Made by a program: the position numbers and the translations under genes
The notes under the pieces: model-generated
The model's input: the letters and a program-made list of their open reading frames with translations, nothing else
What the model was told of the DNA's origin: nothing
Databases searched by the model: none
In this document: piece by piece, positions 11,461 to 23,137 of the stretch
Position numbering within the stretch: the first letter of the stretch is position 1
How the letters are laid out: the number at the start of each line of letters is the position of its first letter
Source: Octopus sinensis
Lineage: Eukaryota
Assembly: GCF_006345805.1 (NCBI RefSeq)
Contig: NC_042997.1
Coordinates: 175,646,001-175,710,000 of the forward strand
Direction: 5' to 3'
DNA: 64,000 nucleotides

Positions 11461-11724
11461 ACAAATCACTTGGATACATACACTAATTGAACATATTAAC
11501 TGTAAACCAACATTTGCTTTTAATTACAACTACATGAATGTTATAAATCATATAAATGAAAGTGGAGCCAAGCAAACACTATGTATTTAAAGGCCCTGTA
11601 GTAAGTCAGCATAATAAAACCATACAAACTAATGACTTTCTAAGAGAAATCTCTAAAACATTATTTGTTATAGTACACAAGGGTGATAAATAACAAAAAA
11701 TAATAACTAAAAAAGCAAAATATA

Positions 11725-11997
11725 ATTGATAGTTGTGATACCTGTGCTGGTGGCACATAATAAGCACCATCCGAACGTGGGCGTTGCCAGCCTCCCCTGG
11801 CACCTGTGCCAGTGGCACGTAAAAAGCACCCACTACACCTATGGAGTGGATGGCGTAAGGAAGGGCATCCAGCTGTAGAAACATTGCCAAATCAGACTGG
11901 AGCCTGGTGCAGCCTCCTGGCTTCCTTGACCCCTGTCAAACCGTCCAACCCATGCTAGCATGGAAAACGGACATTCAACGATGATGATAAATGATGA
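11725..11997 (+). mobile_element. RTE 3'-tail family C copy
   Basis: cccactacacctatggagtggatggcgtaaggaagggcatccagctgtagaaac...gcatggaaaacggacattcaacgatgatgat. Confidence 0.85.
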
Positions 11998-12552
11998 TAG
12001 TAGACATTTTTTCTTCATTTGATGATCATAATTCAACAACCTTATATCTTCATTCCCTAACATGAATTTTATCTTTATGATCCTTTTTTTTTTGTTCATT
12101 CTTCATTTTGAATTTTCCCATCATCTTTTTAACTCCTCTTTAATAATTCCAAAACAAATTATTAATATTCAAATTACTCGATCTCTTACACAATAGTTGG
12201 TTAGAGTGTTCTTTTTCTTTAATCCCAAGCTAACAATTGAATGACAGACTCTGGTGAGGACATTATTCTATGTTTTCTGGTCCGTAGCACTGGCCTTAGC
12301 ATGCTCAAGGTCAAGGAGCTGTGACTTCAGGTCTTCCTCAATTTGTTCTGTCCATGCTTTCTTTGGTGCACTGCACTGGATTCTCCAGTGTGTGGGTTAC
12401 TGCCACCACAAAAGTTAGTGTGGTAGTCTTCCGGTCATCTTGAATATGTGGTCAAACCACTGTAACCTGTACTGCTAGACTTGGTCTTCTATAATAGAAA
12501 GAAGATGATCTTAGAATTAAAAGTGAAAGAATAAAAGTGAAACAATATCATA

Positions 12553-12756
12553 TCACTCTTTTACTTGTTTCAGTCATTTGACTGTGGCCATGCTGGAGCA
12601 CCGCCTTTAGTCGAGCAAATTGACCCCAGGACTTATTCTTTGTAAGCCTAGTACTTATTCTATCAGTCTCTTTTGCTGAACTGCTAAGTTACGGGGATGT
12701 AAACACACCAGCATCGGTTGTCAAGCGATGTTGAGGGGACAAACACAGACACACAA

Positions 12757-12796
<40 letters not shown>

Positions 12797-12960
12797 ACAT
12801 ATATACGATGGGCTTCTTTCAGTTTCCGTCTACCACATCCACTCACAAGGCTTTGGTTGGCCCAAGGCCATAGTAAGAGACACTTGCCCAAGGTGCCATG
12901 CAGTGGGACTGAACCTGGAACCATGCGGTTGGTAAGCAAGCTACTTACCACTCCTACGCC
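12553..12960 (-). mobile_element. SINE family B, near full length
   Basis: Tail (cttttact), body gactgtggccatgctggagcaccgcc, head caaggtgccatgcagtgggactgaacc. Confidence 0.9.
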
Positions 12961-13191
12961 TACAATATAGATCTTATTCTTTTACTTTTGACACATAATA
13001 CCCAACCAGTACCAATGTTATATTGTTTTAATCTAAATGAAAAAAATTGCATGTTGACACTCACGGGGTCTGATATTACAACCTTATAAAATTTGATTTG
13101 GTCAAGCCATTTGAGAATGCATAGGGAACAGACAGACAGAGAGAAAGACAGATAGACAGAGGGACAAAGAATTTCAAATAGAGAGAGATAA

Positions 13192-13420
13192 TTGAGGACA
13201 ATATCGGAAGCTATCAAGAGGAATATAAAGGAGATTGGAATAGAGTGCCTGGTAGAACTGTTACAAAAGGTTTGCTTCCTTGGCACAGCCAGAATAATCA
13301 GAAAAGCAGTAGATGTTTGAAAAGAATGGATAGCATGGTACCATAGGCTGCACGTAGCAAGTCTGCTATGCTTACAAGATTCCAGAAGTTCCAACAAACC
13401 TGTGATAAAAAGAAATAATA
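13192..13420 (+). mobile_element. R4/Dong-like non-LTR retrotransposon 3' end
   Basis: LRTISEAIKRNIKEIGIECLVELLQKVCFLGTARIIRKAVDV* (13192-13320) resembles the R4-clade C-terminal LQK..LLGTARI.RK motif; ~95-bp UTR, then (AAT)n. Confidence 0.7.
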
Positions 13421-13661
13421 ATGATAATAATAATAATAATAATGATAACAATAACAATAACAACAACAGCAACAACAACATCAACAGTATTCATTTTTTG
13501 AATGTAAATAAATAATAGTATATAAATTGCAAGGGGTAAGAGCTTCATGGTGGAAACCTAATATTACATTTCCACTTAATTTTCTAAAAAATTTCCAACA
13601 GAACAGAACAAGTTGTTTTACACATTCACATGCACACACACACACACAGATACACGTGTAC

Positions 13662-13700
<39 letters not shown>

Positions 13701-13703
13701 TAT

Positions 13704-13737
<34 letters not shown>

Positions 13738-13855
13738 CATATACGTACATATATGTGTATACAACATCTGTCTGTCATATATGGTAGAGCATTAATAACA
13801 AAAAAACATCTTTTAATTAACAGTCTATCTTCATGAAGGATTTGATTAAAATTTA

Positions 13856-14062
13856 TGTAGGCGTATGAGTGGCTGCGTGATGAGTAGCTTGCTCACCAAC
13901 CACATGGTTCCAAGTTCAGTCCCACTGCATAGTACCTTGGGCAAGTGTCTTCTACTATAGCCTCGGGCCGACCAAAGCCTTGTGAGTGGATTTGGTAGAC
14001 GGAAACTGAAAGAAGCCCGTCGTATATATGTGTGTGTATATATATATATAAATATGTATGTA

Positions 14063-14093
<31 letters not shown>

Positions 14094-14312
14094 GTATATG
14101 TTTGTGTGTCTGTGTTTGTCCCCCAACATCACTTGACAACCAATGTTGGTTTGTTTACGTCCCTGTAACTTAGCAGTTCGGCAAAAGAGACCAATAGAAT
14201 AAGTACTAGGCTTACAAAGAATAAGTCCTGGGGGTCAATTTGCTCGACTAAAGGCAGTGCTCCAGCATGGCCACAGTCAAATGACTGAAACAAGTAAAAG
14301 AGTAAAAGAGAA
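13856..14312 (+). mobile_element. SINE family B, full length
   Basis: Head gagtggctgcgtgatgag...ggttccaagttcagtcccactgc, internal (TA/TG)n, tail aaacaagtaaaagagtaaaagag. Confidence 0.92.
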
Positions 14313-15029
14313 ATATTTTATTTAGTTACTTTTTTCCTCTAATTATCCTGCAACTTGCTATTGATTTGAATTACTTTGAGACATGGTCTTCAGACTGTTC
14401 CTTCCTAAGCACCTAAAAGGAAATTTCTAAATAAACCATGGGCAAGCTTTGGCCCATGGGACTTTCTGAATGGCAAGCCTAACAAAAAATTTATCTTGAA
14501 TTATTTTAGTAGTGTAACCTGCCTGATGATGAATCATGTCTTATGTGGCTCACTTCTCAAAAAAACAGATTGCTGTTTTAAGTAGTTACTTGACTTGTAA
14601 GAATTAGCAGCTAAATATTTCAATAATGTAATTGCTTATCTTTAGAATGACATTGAAGGGCAGATGTGAGAGGCCAGATCTGACTAGTTCTAACATAAAA
14701 CATCTAGAATAATTAAACCAAATAAGGCTGACTTAAATGCTAAAGGTTTAATCAAAGGTGTTCCAATCATCATCAGACATTTCAGACACAATGGACATAG
14801 GACTAGATTATCCATGTTTCTAACCTCATCCCCCATTTTTTAATCTTTATAGGAGGGACTGAATTTAAAGACGATATGGTTGCTAGTTTTAACATATCAG
14901 ACAACTACATAAAGCTTCTTTCATTATTTGTTTTCAAAAGAAATCTGTCTAGCTCATGCAGTTATGAGACAGTAGAGTTCCTTTTGTTAAATTACATATT
15001 GAACCCTAAAATGTAGCATATCGAACCCT

Positions 15030-15230
15030 AAAAAGTTAATTTTTGTTTTTCTCCTTTTGATAATCCTAATTTCCACAAAATATTTCTCAGTGAGTTGAAA
15101 GTATTTGCTGATTTGAGAATCTGTATTCCAACTTCCTTCATTACATACCCCTTTAATGATATTTTAATTTCCTTGAGAAATCTAGCAAGATTTAGGGAGG
15201 ATATCAATTTCTCTAATAGACTGAAGGCCC
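15030..15230 (-). mobile_element. Degraded RTE-like RT fragment
   Basis: MKEVGIQILKSANTFNSLRNILWK resembles the RTE EI..RI.KA..AF..L..IW motif. Confidence 0.45.
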
Positions 15231-16150
15231 CAAATTTAAATTTGAGAGTAAATCCCATATGGTATTCATGACTTCCTTAAGAGCCTATGGGAAGAACAAT
15301 GGAAAGAACAAGTAAAGTGAATTGATTACTGCTGAAGATAAAAGCCAGACTCAGTTACTGAGCATTTTAACTCTATTGTTTGACATTTACCACAATTTAC
15401 CTTTGTCTTTTACCCTTACCCTATAAGAGAACTTCTGTATGGATGCTCAACCCACTAGAAATGCATCCTAATATCTCTCAGATTACAACCTACAATCTTA
15501 AATAAATGTAGGATGGTCACAGCTGAAATGCTTTTGAGCATAGATTTTATCTGCCAGACTTAACTTAGGACTAAACAGTTACAGTTATCCTAATTTAACT
15601 CTCTTCTGCTATGCTCATAATGTTCTATCCCTTCTCTATTATACTCACCATAATTGACTGCTATTCTTCATCAGTTTCTCTAATTAAATTTCATTCTTCT
15701 ATACTAACTCTAATTGATCCCTTTTCTACTAGATCCACTACAAATACCTCTATCCTTTGACCTTCACTCCAACTTATCTCTCCCTACTACATTCATTACA
15801 ACTGGCTATTGTTCTACAACACTCCCATAATTTACTTCACTTTTGTTTAATTACACTCACCATAATTGTGGTGGGTGTAGAATATTAGAGATTGGAATCT
15901 CTAATCTTCTACATTCGCCACAATTAATCTCTATTCTACTTCACTATCCTAACCTCTTCTTTCCCTAAATTTACCACAATTCATCTGTTTTACAACCTCA
16001 CAATTGACATCCTGTTCAGGAGGGAATGTTGTATTCTCAGTTGCTTATATGCATGTTATAGTAAATAGCCTTATCTATCCTCGAGTTTTTGACAAACCTA
16101 AATGGTTATTATGACCATTTTATTATAATGTTTGTACCATTTCTATCATA

Positions 16151-17779
16151 TTGCTTGTGGAAAAATGCTACTCAAACATAATTCTAAGCCAGAGAAATTA
16201 TAATGTCGAAAGTCAAAATGTACCATCTTCACCATCACTAACAGCAAACTCCATAACAACTATGGAATTTACACCTGCAATGCTGCGACGTCACCTTCAA
16301 AATAAGCGCAACTATGCCTCCCCTGGTCTCGATGGAGTTATATACCTGCTTCTCAAACGTGGCAGGCACTTCCTTTTACACCAGCTTTCTATTTTCTTCC
16401 AGTACTGTCTCAACAATGGTGCTACTCCGGAGCAGTGGAAAACTGCCAGTGTCATTCCTCTGTTCAAAAAGGGTGACCGCACATCACCTGTCAACTATCG
16501 CCCAGTCAGTCTCACTAGCTGTATTGCAAAACTGATGGAATCGTGTGTCAGAGAAACACTTTGGAACTTCTGGAGCTCTCACAGTCTCATCCGACCCTCA
16601 CAATATGGATTTGTCCCTAACTCCAGCTGCAGTGACCAGCTTGTCGAGTTCCTTGAGGACATTACTCAGATCACTGACAGTGGCTCATGGGTGGATGTTG
16701 TCTACCTTGACTTTGCTAAGGCTTTCAACTCTGTGCCACACAAAAGGCTTATGGTGAAACTCTCTGCAATGGGTGTGGGGGATGACCTTTTTAACTGGTT
16801 GAAATCCTTCATCCTCAGCCGAAAGGAGGTAGTCACAGTTCTAGGACAGCACTTTACACCATATGAGATGTCATCGGGTGTACCACAGGGATCTGTCCTT
16901 GGTCCCCTCCTGTTTGTGGCATACATTAATGACATAGATGCCAATTTAAAGAATGCCACAGTATTGAAATATGCAGACGACATCAAGCTGTACCTTGAAA
17001 TCAAGAGGACTGATCCTGATGTCTACAACTCTTTCCTGCAATCAGACCTAGACACAATGCAGCAATGGATCACAGACTGGCAACTGAAACTGGCTGTGGA
17101 CAAGTGTACCACCATGCATTTTGGGAGAAAAAACCCTGCGTCCACATACTCCCTCCACAACACTGATATCAAGAAATCCTCTTGCGAGCGTGACCTAGGC
17201 ATCACTGTCAGCAGTGATTTGCGTTGGACAAAGCATATCTCTAAAATTGTCAAGAAGGCCGAGGGTGTCTTGGCATCACTCAGCAAGACTTTTGTTAGCC
17301 GCTCTCCAGCCATCTATTTAAAACTGTATACAGCTATGGTACGACCACACTTGGAATTCGCATCATCAGTTTGGAATCCCTATCTTGCTCAGAACATTGA
17401 CCTCCTGGAATCTGTCCAGAGACGTGCAACCAAACGCATACCCTCCATCAGACACCTACCATATTCTGAGCGCCTTGTTTCCCTGGGCATGGATTCACTG
17501 AAGCTCCGGCGTCTAGCGACGGACTTGGTAAACACCCACAAGGTTATCAACCACCTCACCAACAACACTGAACACCTTTTTGATCTCCATGTGTCTAACA
17601 CACGTGGACATGCCTACAAAGTCAGAAAACAGCACAGCTCCCATGACTTTCGGAAACATTTTTTCAGGCTCAGGGTTGCTGAAGCGTGGAATAAACTGCC
17701 TGCATCAGTTGTTGACTGCCATGACACTGCATCCTTTAAGGCCCTCATGCTTCCCGAAATCCGTCGAAACTACACCTGA
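16151..17779 (+). CDS. CR1-clade LINE ORF2 reverse transcriptase, 5'-truncated (no endonuclease), uninterrupted 542-codon frame
   Basis: SPGLDG, WKTASVIPLFKKG, NYRPVSLTS, YLDFAKAFNSVPH, GVPQGSVLGPLLF, YADD, DLGI, VRPHLEFASSVWNP, TRGHAYK, RVAEAWNKLP. The ORF-track start is not an ATG; the first ~25 codons may be flank. Confidence 0.97.
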   Translation: MLVEKCYSNIILSQRNYNVESQNVPSSPSLTANSITTMEFTPAMLRRHLQNKRNYASPGLDGVIYLLLKRGRHFLLHQLSIFFQYCLNNGATPEQWKTASVIPLFKKGDRTSPVNYRPVSLTSCIAKLMESCVRETLWNFWSSHSLIRPSQYGFVPNSSCSDQLVEFLEDITQITDSGSWVDVVYLDFAKAFNSVPHKRLMVKLSAMGVGDDLFNWLKSFILSRKEVVTVLGQHFTPYEMSSGVPQGSVLGPLLFVAYINDIDANLKNATVLKYADDIKLYLEIKRTDPDVYNSFLQSDLDTMQQWITDWQLKLAVDKCTTMHFGRKNPASTYSLHNTDIKKSSCERDLGITVSSDLRWTKHISKIVKKAEGVLASLSKTFVSRSPAIYLKLYTAMVRPHLEFASSVWNPYLAQNIDLLESVQRRATKRIPSIRHLPYSERLVSLGMDSLKLRRLATDLVNTHKVINHLTNNTEHLFDLHVSNTRGHAYKVRKQHSSHDFRKHFFRLRVAEAWNKLPASVVDCHDTASFKALMLPEIRRNYT

Positions 17780-17848
17780 TTATATATACACTTTAGATGA
17801 GTTGTAGTGCACCTGAGCACTGTACACAATTATTATTATTATTATTAA
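17780..17848 (+). mobile_element. CR1 3' UTR and (ATT)n tail
   Basis: gatgagttgtagtgcacctgagcactgtacacaa followed by (att)n. Confidence 0.85.
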
Positions 17849-18368
17849 TTACATGGAAAAATGTGAGCATGGAAAGCCATATTCTTAAGATTACAAACCT
17901 GGAAAAGTACAGTACAAGTTATTACACCTGTAAAAGTATAGGACAAGCTATTACTTAAAGTAAAGTAAAGAATAAGAAACTTTTTACTTAAAATATTGCA
18001 GCAAAGAATGCTAGTTCTTCTAATTTATCACTTTTTACAGTTCTCATCTTATAAATTTATTGTACAAAACTGTTCAGCTAATTTGTAAGTTTGTTTAATT
18101 AGTCACTTTTTTCTGTATTTACAGTAGTAAATTAGCCAAATTCTACTTAAATAAGTATAGTATTATTTGTAAAGTATAATAAAATAATTTTTAATAGTCC
18201 AATTTTAATTTTAGCTGCAATATTTTAAGTAAAAAGTTTCTTATTCTTTACTTTACTTTATGTAATAGCTTGTCCTATACTTTTATAGGTGTAATAACTT
18301 GTCCTGTACTTTTCCAGGTTTATAATCTTAAGAATATGACTTTTCATGCTGATATTTTTCCATGTAAT
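17848..18368. mobile_element. Foldback/MITE-like element with 155-bp terminal inverted repeats
   Basis: 17848-18002 pairs with 18214-18368 with scattered mismatches; 211-bp AT-rich spacer. Confidence 0.8.
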
Positions 18369-18904
18369 CCATGATTTTTCCAAGCATTGCTGTTATAAGA
18401 TAATTAATAATGTGTCAATTAATAATTGAAGATTTCACCTTATAAAATACTGAAAGATAATATTTCAATTTTTCCATGCAAGTGATGATAATATTAAAAT
18501 TTTTTTCGTGTTTAATTTAAATATATGTTGTGATTGAATTATTTGATATTACCAATCAACACCAAATCAATGGCAGGAATTTTTACCATGTTGTTGGTTG
18601 CACCATGGCTCACCAAATGTTACAAACAACAAGACCCCAAATCCATCAGTTACCAGCCTCACCTTAAGTAACCTAATTTTGCAATATTAGGAGGTCACAG
18701 GAAATCATTCAATGAAAACAAAATTTCCAATGATTCTGGTATTGGGGGAGGAAAACCCCACTGCCTAATTTTTTCTGAACCAAAATAAGGGATTTACAAT
18801 ATATTAGGAGGTCAGGGTACTTGATTCCATGCAAAATATAAAATTTTTTATTGCTTAGTGAAAATCGTGCAGGTGTCAATATAGAATTGACCATAATGTT
18901 GTTG

Positions 18905-19095
18905 TTATTTAGCCGCAAATAAACCCTGATACTGCAAACATATCATCAAAGACATTCCAGCCTTCAGCAAACCGTCTTTTTAGGGATAATCTAGGACATT
19001 ACATACAATGGGCGTGTGATTTAGGTAGGGGGATATTTTAGCTGCTATTTTTAGTGTGTTGAGCAACCAGGTAGAGGCTCTTTCATTGGGTTGAT
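18905..19095. repeat. Dispersed repeat family D (also ~14840, ~44460, ~47580, ~61260, 63170-63400, 63755-63960)
   Basis: Recurring motifs gacattccagcc/agccatgaccatc, gctatttctagcagg.tgagc and gtagaggctc; class not determined. Confidence 0.6.
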
Positions 19096-19161
19096 TGCTT
19101 GATGAGGTTTTTTACACATATATGTAATATATCATCGGCAGAAGTTATATTACATATACAC

Positions 19162-19206
19162 AACTCTCAGCTTTTGACTTACTCTCTAAGTCAAAAGCTG
19201 AGAGTT
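19162..19206. repeat. Perfect 20-bp palindrome with 5-nt loop
   Basis: aactctcagcttttgactta-ctctc-taagtcaaaagctgagagtt. Confidence 0.95.
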
Positions 19207-19456
19207 TTGTGTATTGGCACTTATCAAACACTAATTTGTCCATTGTCACTCTGTAACTTCTGACGAAATAACTTTAAAAATACAAAATTTTGTCCCAAAC
19301 GTTGAGAGTAGACCCTATTCTATGTGACATATTCTACCAGTATCGGATGTTTGAAAGTGTTTAGTTAAAAAAAAAAAAATTAACTAAATAATCTGTACGT
19401 CAAAGTCAGCCCTTGGCGAAATTTTAACTCAAAAAACATAAAGATAAACAAAATAC

Positions 19457-19735
19457 CTATTTCTTTACTACCCACAAGGGGCTAAACACAGAGAGGACAA
19501 ACAAGGACAGACACACGGATTAAGTCGATTACATCGACTCCAGTGTGTAACTGGTACTTATTTAATCGACCCCGAAAGGATGAAAGGCAAAGTCGACCTC
19601 GGCGGAATTTGAACTCAGAACGTAGCGACAGACGAAATACTGCAAAGCATTTTGCCCGGCATGCTAAAAAGACAAACAAAATACCACTAAGCATTTCACC
19701 TGGTGTGCTAACATTTCTACCAGCTTGCCACCTTA
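19457..19735 (-). mobile_element. SINE family A, full length (Tx1-like tail) with duplicated head segment
   Basis: atttctttactacccacaaggggctaaacac...gtcgacctcggcggaatttgaactcag. Confidence 0.92.
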
Positions 19736-20218
19736 GAAAGTAAGCATTGATTTTAGAAATATATTCTTTATTCTTATAGTTGAAGCATTACTTCCTTACT
19801 CTCTCACTTACTGACATGAAATTTCATAACATTTTACTCATAACTCTTCTATTAAATCTTGTTCAATGTGACTAGTGATTCTGAATTCCTCATGCATTTT
19901 TCTATAATTTAAGCCTGAGAAAGGTATACTTTTAATTTAAAATTAAAAAGTTTATGTTAATTGAAAGTGAATAGGTGTCTTATTGCTCCTCTTGAGGTCA
20001 CAGATATTTTGATGTAATTTTTTTCTACTGAACCAAATCTCAAACTATTTATGCCAAAGTGTAGCTGAGAAGATGTCCTCTTTAAAACTGTTGACAGTTT
20101 GCAATTTAGTTGAGAACTGAATTAGTGGTGAAGCTTGGGAGCTGCTGTGATTGACAAAATGGTGGACTTCAGAATATATTCAACCACTACCATGGCTGGA
20201 TGATTAATTAAAGCACAT

Positions 20219-20400
20219 TTAACCCTTTAATATTTGGATTACTCTGTCAAATGCAATACCTGTTTATTCACCTTGTTCCAAATTAATTATACCTTCGAGA
20301 TTTTAGATATAGTCAATATTGTCAGGGTACATGTTAGCTGTTATGTACCCAGATTTATTCTAATATAAAACATAACTTAGACATTCACAGCATTCTAAAA
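20219..20400 (+). mobile_element. piggyBac-type MITE fragment
   Basis: TTAA-ccctttaatatttggattactctgtcaaatg; same family as 60789-60987. Confidence 0.45.
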
Positions 20401-21099
20401 GTTCAACATTTCAACTTTTCATCTATTATATCAACACTTGTCATATGTGAATGTTAAACATTCATTTTCTGGTAACATAAATAATATTTTACAAATTGCT
20501 TTGTTTCAAGTATTTTACAATCATTTATTTATTTATTTATTTTCATTGTCTGAATTTTTGTAAATTTATTCATTTGAAAGAATTGTAACACTAAATGTTC
20601 TTGTTGAGTGACCTCTAACTGCCAATGAATCAATCATCAGGTTGAATCTGTGACATTTAGCTAACTTGGATCAAATGAAGTTATCTGCTTTCTGTATGCT
20701 CACAACACAATGGTTATAGTATGTTTTTAGCTCATAATCTCAGAGTTAAAATACTGGAATAAATGACTGGCCACATGGTCTAAATTCCACATACTGTTAC
20801 TCCATCTTCTCAGAAATCCATTTTTCTCTGATTTTTTTTTTTGTAAATACACAAAACATTCCACCTTCAAAAAGAAAACTTTGAATTAAGTCTCTACTTA
20901 AATATGATGAGATTTTAATGAATCTTAAATGAAAGATTTTTTTAATTATAATACTGAAAGATTTTCAAGCATAATTAATAACTGTTTCCTGTCAAATTTC
21001 CTTTTTAATTTAACTTCAAAATCAAAGATTTTAACTCTAAATTGCTATTCACTTTGCCAATAGATTGTAGAAGAAATTTTATGCTGGATGAAAAATGCA

Positions 21100-22672
21100 T
21101 CCAAGAAACTTACATAATGTACTCAGAATGAATTTTATTAAACCAAATATCAACACATTTTTGCCAACAAGAAACTTCAGTAGCACAGAATTCTGAAGTC
21201 CTTGAACTGATGATTTCTTTTAAGGCATTTTGAGCTGCTGCCTTGTCACTGAAAACCTTCAGAAAATATTGAGATGCTTGAAAAAATAGTAATCAATAGA
21301 AAAGAGATCTGAGGAGTAAATTGGGTGAAATAGGGTTTAATGGACCAGTTCATTTAAGTTCTGTAGTGTCTTTTTTGAGAAATGTGGTTAGGTACTATCA
21401 TGGATTTGGTTCTTTTCGATTGATCAATATCAGATGTAAACATTACAATTCTTGGTGCATTTATCAACTTCCTGGTAATCTTTCTCTGCTGTGGTGGCTT
21501 CACAAGGATTAAAGAAGTAGAAGTGGCAAATTTTATTTGCCAACCATAATCCCTCTTCTTTTGGTGCACTTTTGATTTGGGAAAGATTTTTGGCACTTCC
21601 CCTTTGTTCAGTCACAGCACAGGATGCTGTGAGTTCTGTAGAATCTATTTTTCTTTAAATGTCACAAGAACTGGATCATGTTTGTTATATAATTGAAATG
21701 CAGAGCAAACATCATAACAGTGAATTCTTTTCATAGTTTTCTTCAGCTAATGGCATAGAAGTGGCTGTGTGGTAAGTAGCATGCTTACGACCCACATGGT
21801 TCCGGGTTCAGTCCCACTGCATAGCACCTTGGGCAAGTGTCTTCTACTATAGCTTCGGGCTGACCAAAGCCTTGTGAGTGGATTTGGTAGAAGGAAACTG
21901 AAAGAAGCCCGTCGTAAATATATGTATATATATACATATATACATGTATGTGTGTGTATATGTTTGTGTGTCTGTGTTTGTCCCCTCAACATTGCTTGAC
22001 AACCGATGCTGGTGTGTTTACGTCCCCGTAACTTAGTGGTTCGGTGAAAGAGACTGATAGAATAAGTACTAGGCCTACAAAGAATAAGTCCTGGGGTCGA
22101 TTTTCTCGACTAAAAGACAGTGTTCCAGCATGGCCGCAGTCAAATGACTGAAACAAGTAAAAGAGTAATGTAACAATCATTTATAGAGCTATTTTGACTT
22201 TCCAGCATGGTGCAAAAGTCAATAACTTTTGAAGTATCAACATTTAGTGCTTCTGCAATCTGTCAAGTTTATAGGTCCACTTAAAAAATAGCCCTCAATT
22301 AGTTGTTGTCAATCATAGAAAGTCATCCATAACCTTCTCTGCCTTGAAGACTCTCATCTCCACTTTGCAAGTTTTGGAACCAATATTGAGCTGTATATCC
22401 ATTGATGGCTTCTGGAAAAATTTCTGGTTGATATTGCAACCAGTTTCCATTTTGAACTCATGCAATAACATTTTTTGAATTTCTTTACTTTTTTCCATAT
22501 TTAATCTTACAGCCTCAAATAAAGATAAGTAAATAGGAAAAGCAAAACCATTAGCTTCACTTAATAGACTGAAATCTGCACTTCAAAACTGTTTATTACA
22601 CGGACAAAAATGATTCTAAAATAAGCATGGAAATTTAAAATAACAAAGCTGCATTTATTACCAACTTAATAC
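21100..22672 (-). pseudogene. Degraded mariner (DD34D-type) transposase element, interrupted by a SINE
   Basis: N terminus MEKSKEIQKMLLHEFK; PKIFPKSKVHQKK; FFNPCEATTAEK; HDST*PH; HPIYSSDLFSIDYYFFKHL (the YSPDL motif); WQKCVD; TIR-like tattaagttggtaat at ~22655-22670. Confidence 0.88.
21750..22168 (+). mobile_element. SINE family B, full length, inserted in the mariner remnant
   Basis: gtggctgtgtggtaagtagc...gggttcagtcccactgc...aaacaagtaaaagagt. Confidence 0.92.
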
Positions 22673-22769
22673 ACACACACATTTGAAAACATCAGGAAGC
22701 AAACAATATTAGTGCTATTTTAAAAATTAATTCCCTTTACATATGATCATAATAACATCAATAATATTT

Positions 22770-23116
22770 ATATCATCTGAGACCCCCTTTCGTCATGACA
22801 CTGACCATGGGATTGCACCTAGAAAGTTACCCTCCCAGGCACAAATCTGGGCAAGGTTATTTATGGAAGACCAGCAGTTGCCCATGCATACTGGCCTTCT
22901 CTCTCCACGCCACCAGTGTTATCCAAGGGAAAGGCAAGGGCCGATACAGCTTGGCACCTGTGACATCGCAACTCATTTCTACAGCTGAGTGAACTGGAGC
23001 AACGTGAAATAAAATGTCTTGCTCAAGAACACAATACGTAGTCCGGTCCGGGAGTCGAGCTCACAACCTCATGATCGTAAGCTCAACGCTCTAACCACTG
23101 AGCCATGCGCCTTCAC
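22770..23116 (-). mobile_element. tRNA-derived SINE family E (tRNA-Arg-like head)
   Basis: Minus: gtgaaggcgcatggctcagtggttagagcgttgagcttacgatcatgaggttgtgagctcgactccc (A box, ACG anticodon loop, B box), then gtgttcttgagcaagacatt. Confidence 0.88.
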
Positions 23117-23137
23117 AATATTTATATATTTATATGA

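Noticed and set aside
12960-13484. 174-aa ORF with a poly-Leu signal-like N terminus
   Set aside because: Antisense read of (AAT/AAC)n and the R4/Dong-like fragment.
21100-21290. Host exon ending in a gtaagt donor on the minus strand
   Set aside because: The open segment is the mariner transposase C terminus (WQKCVD); the donor is coincidental.
22990-23116. Functional tRNA-Arg gene
   Set aside because: The tRNA-like segment lacks a paired acceptor stem and a T-run terminator and continues into a SINE body.
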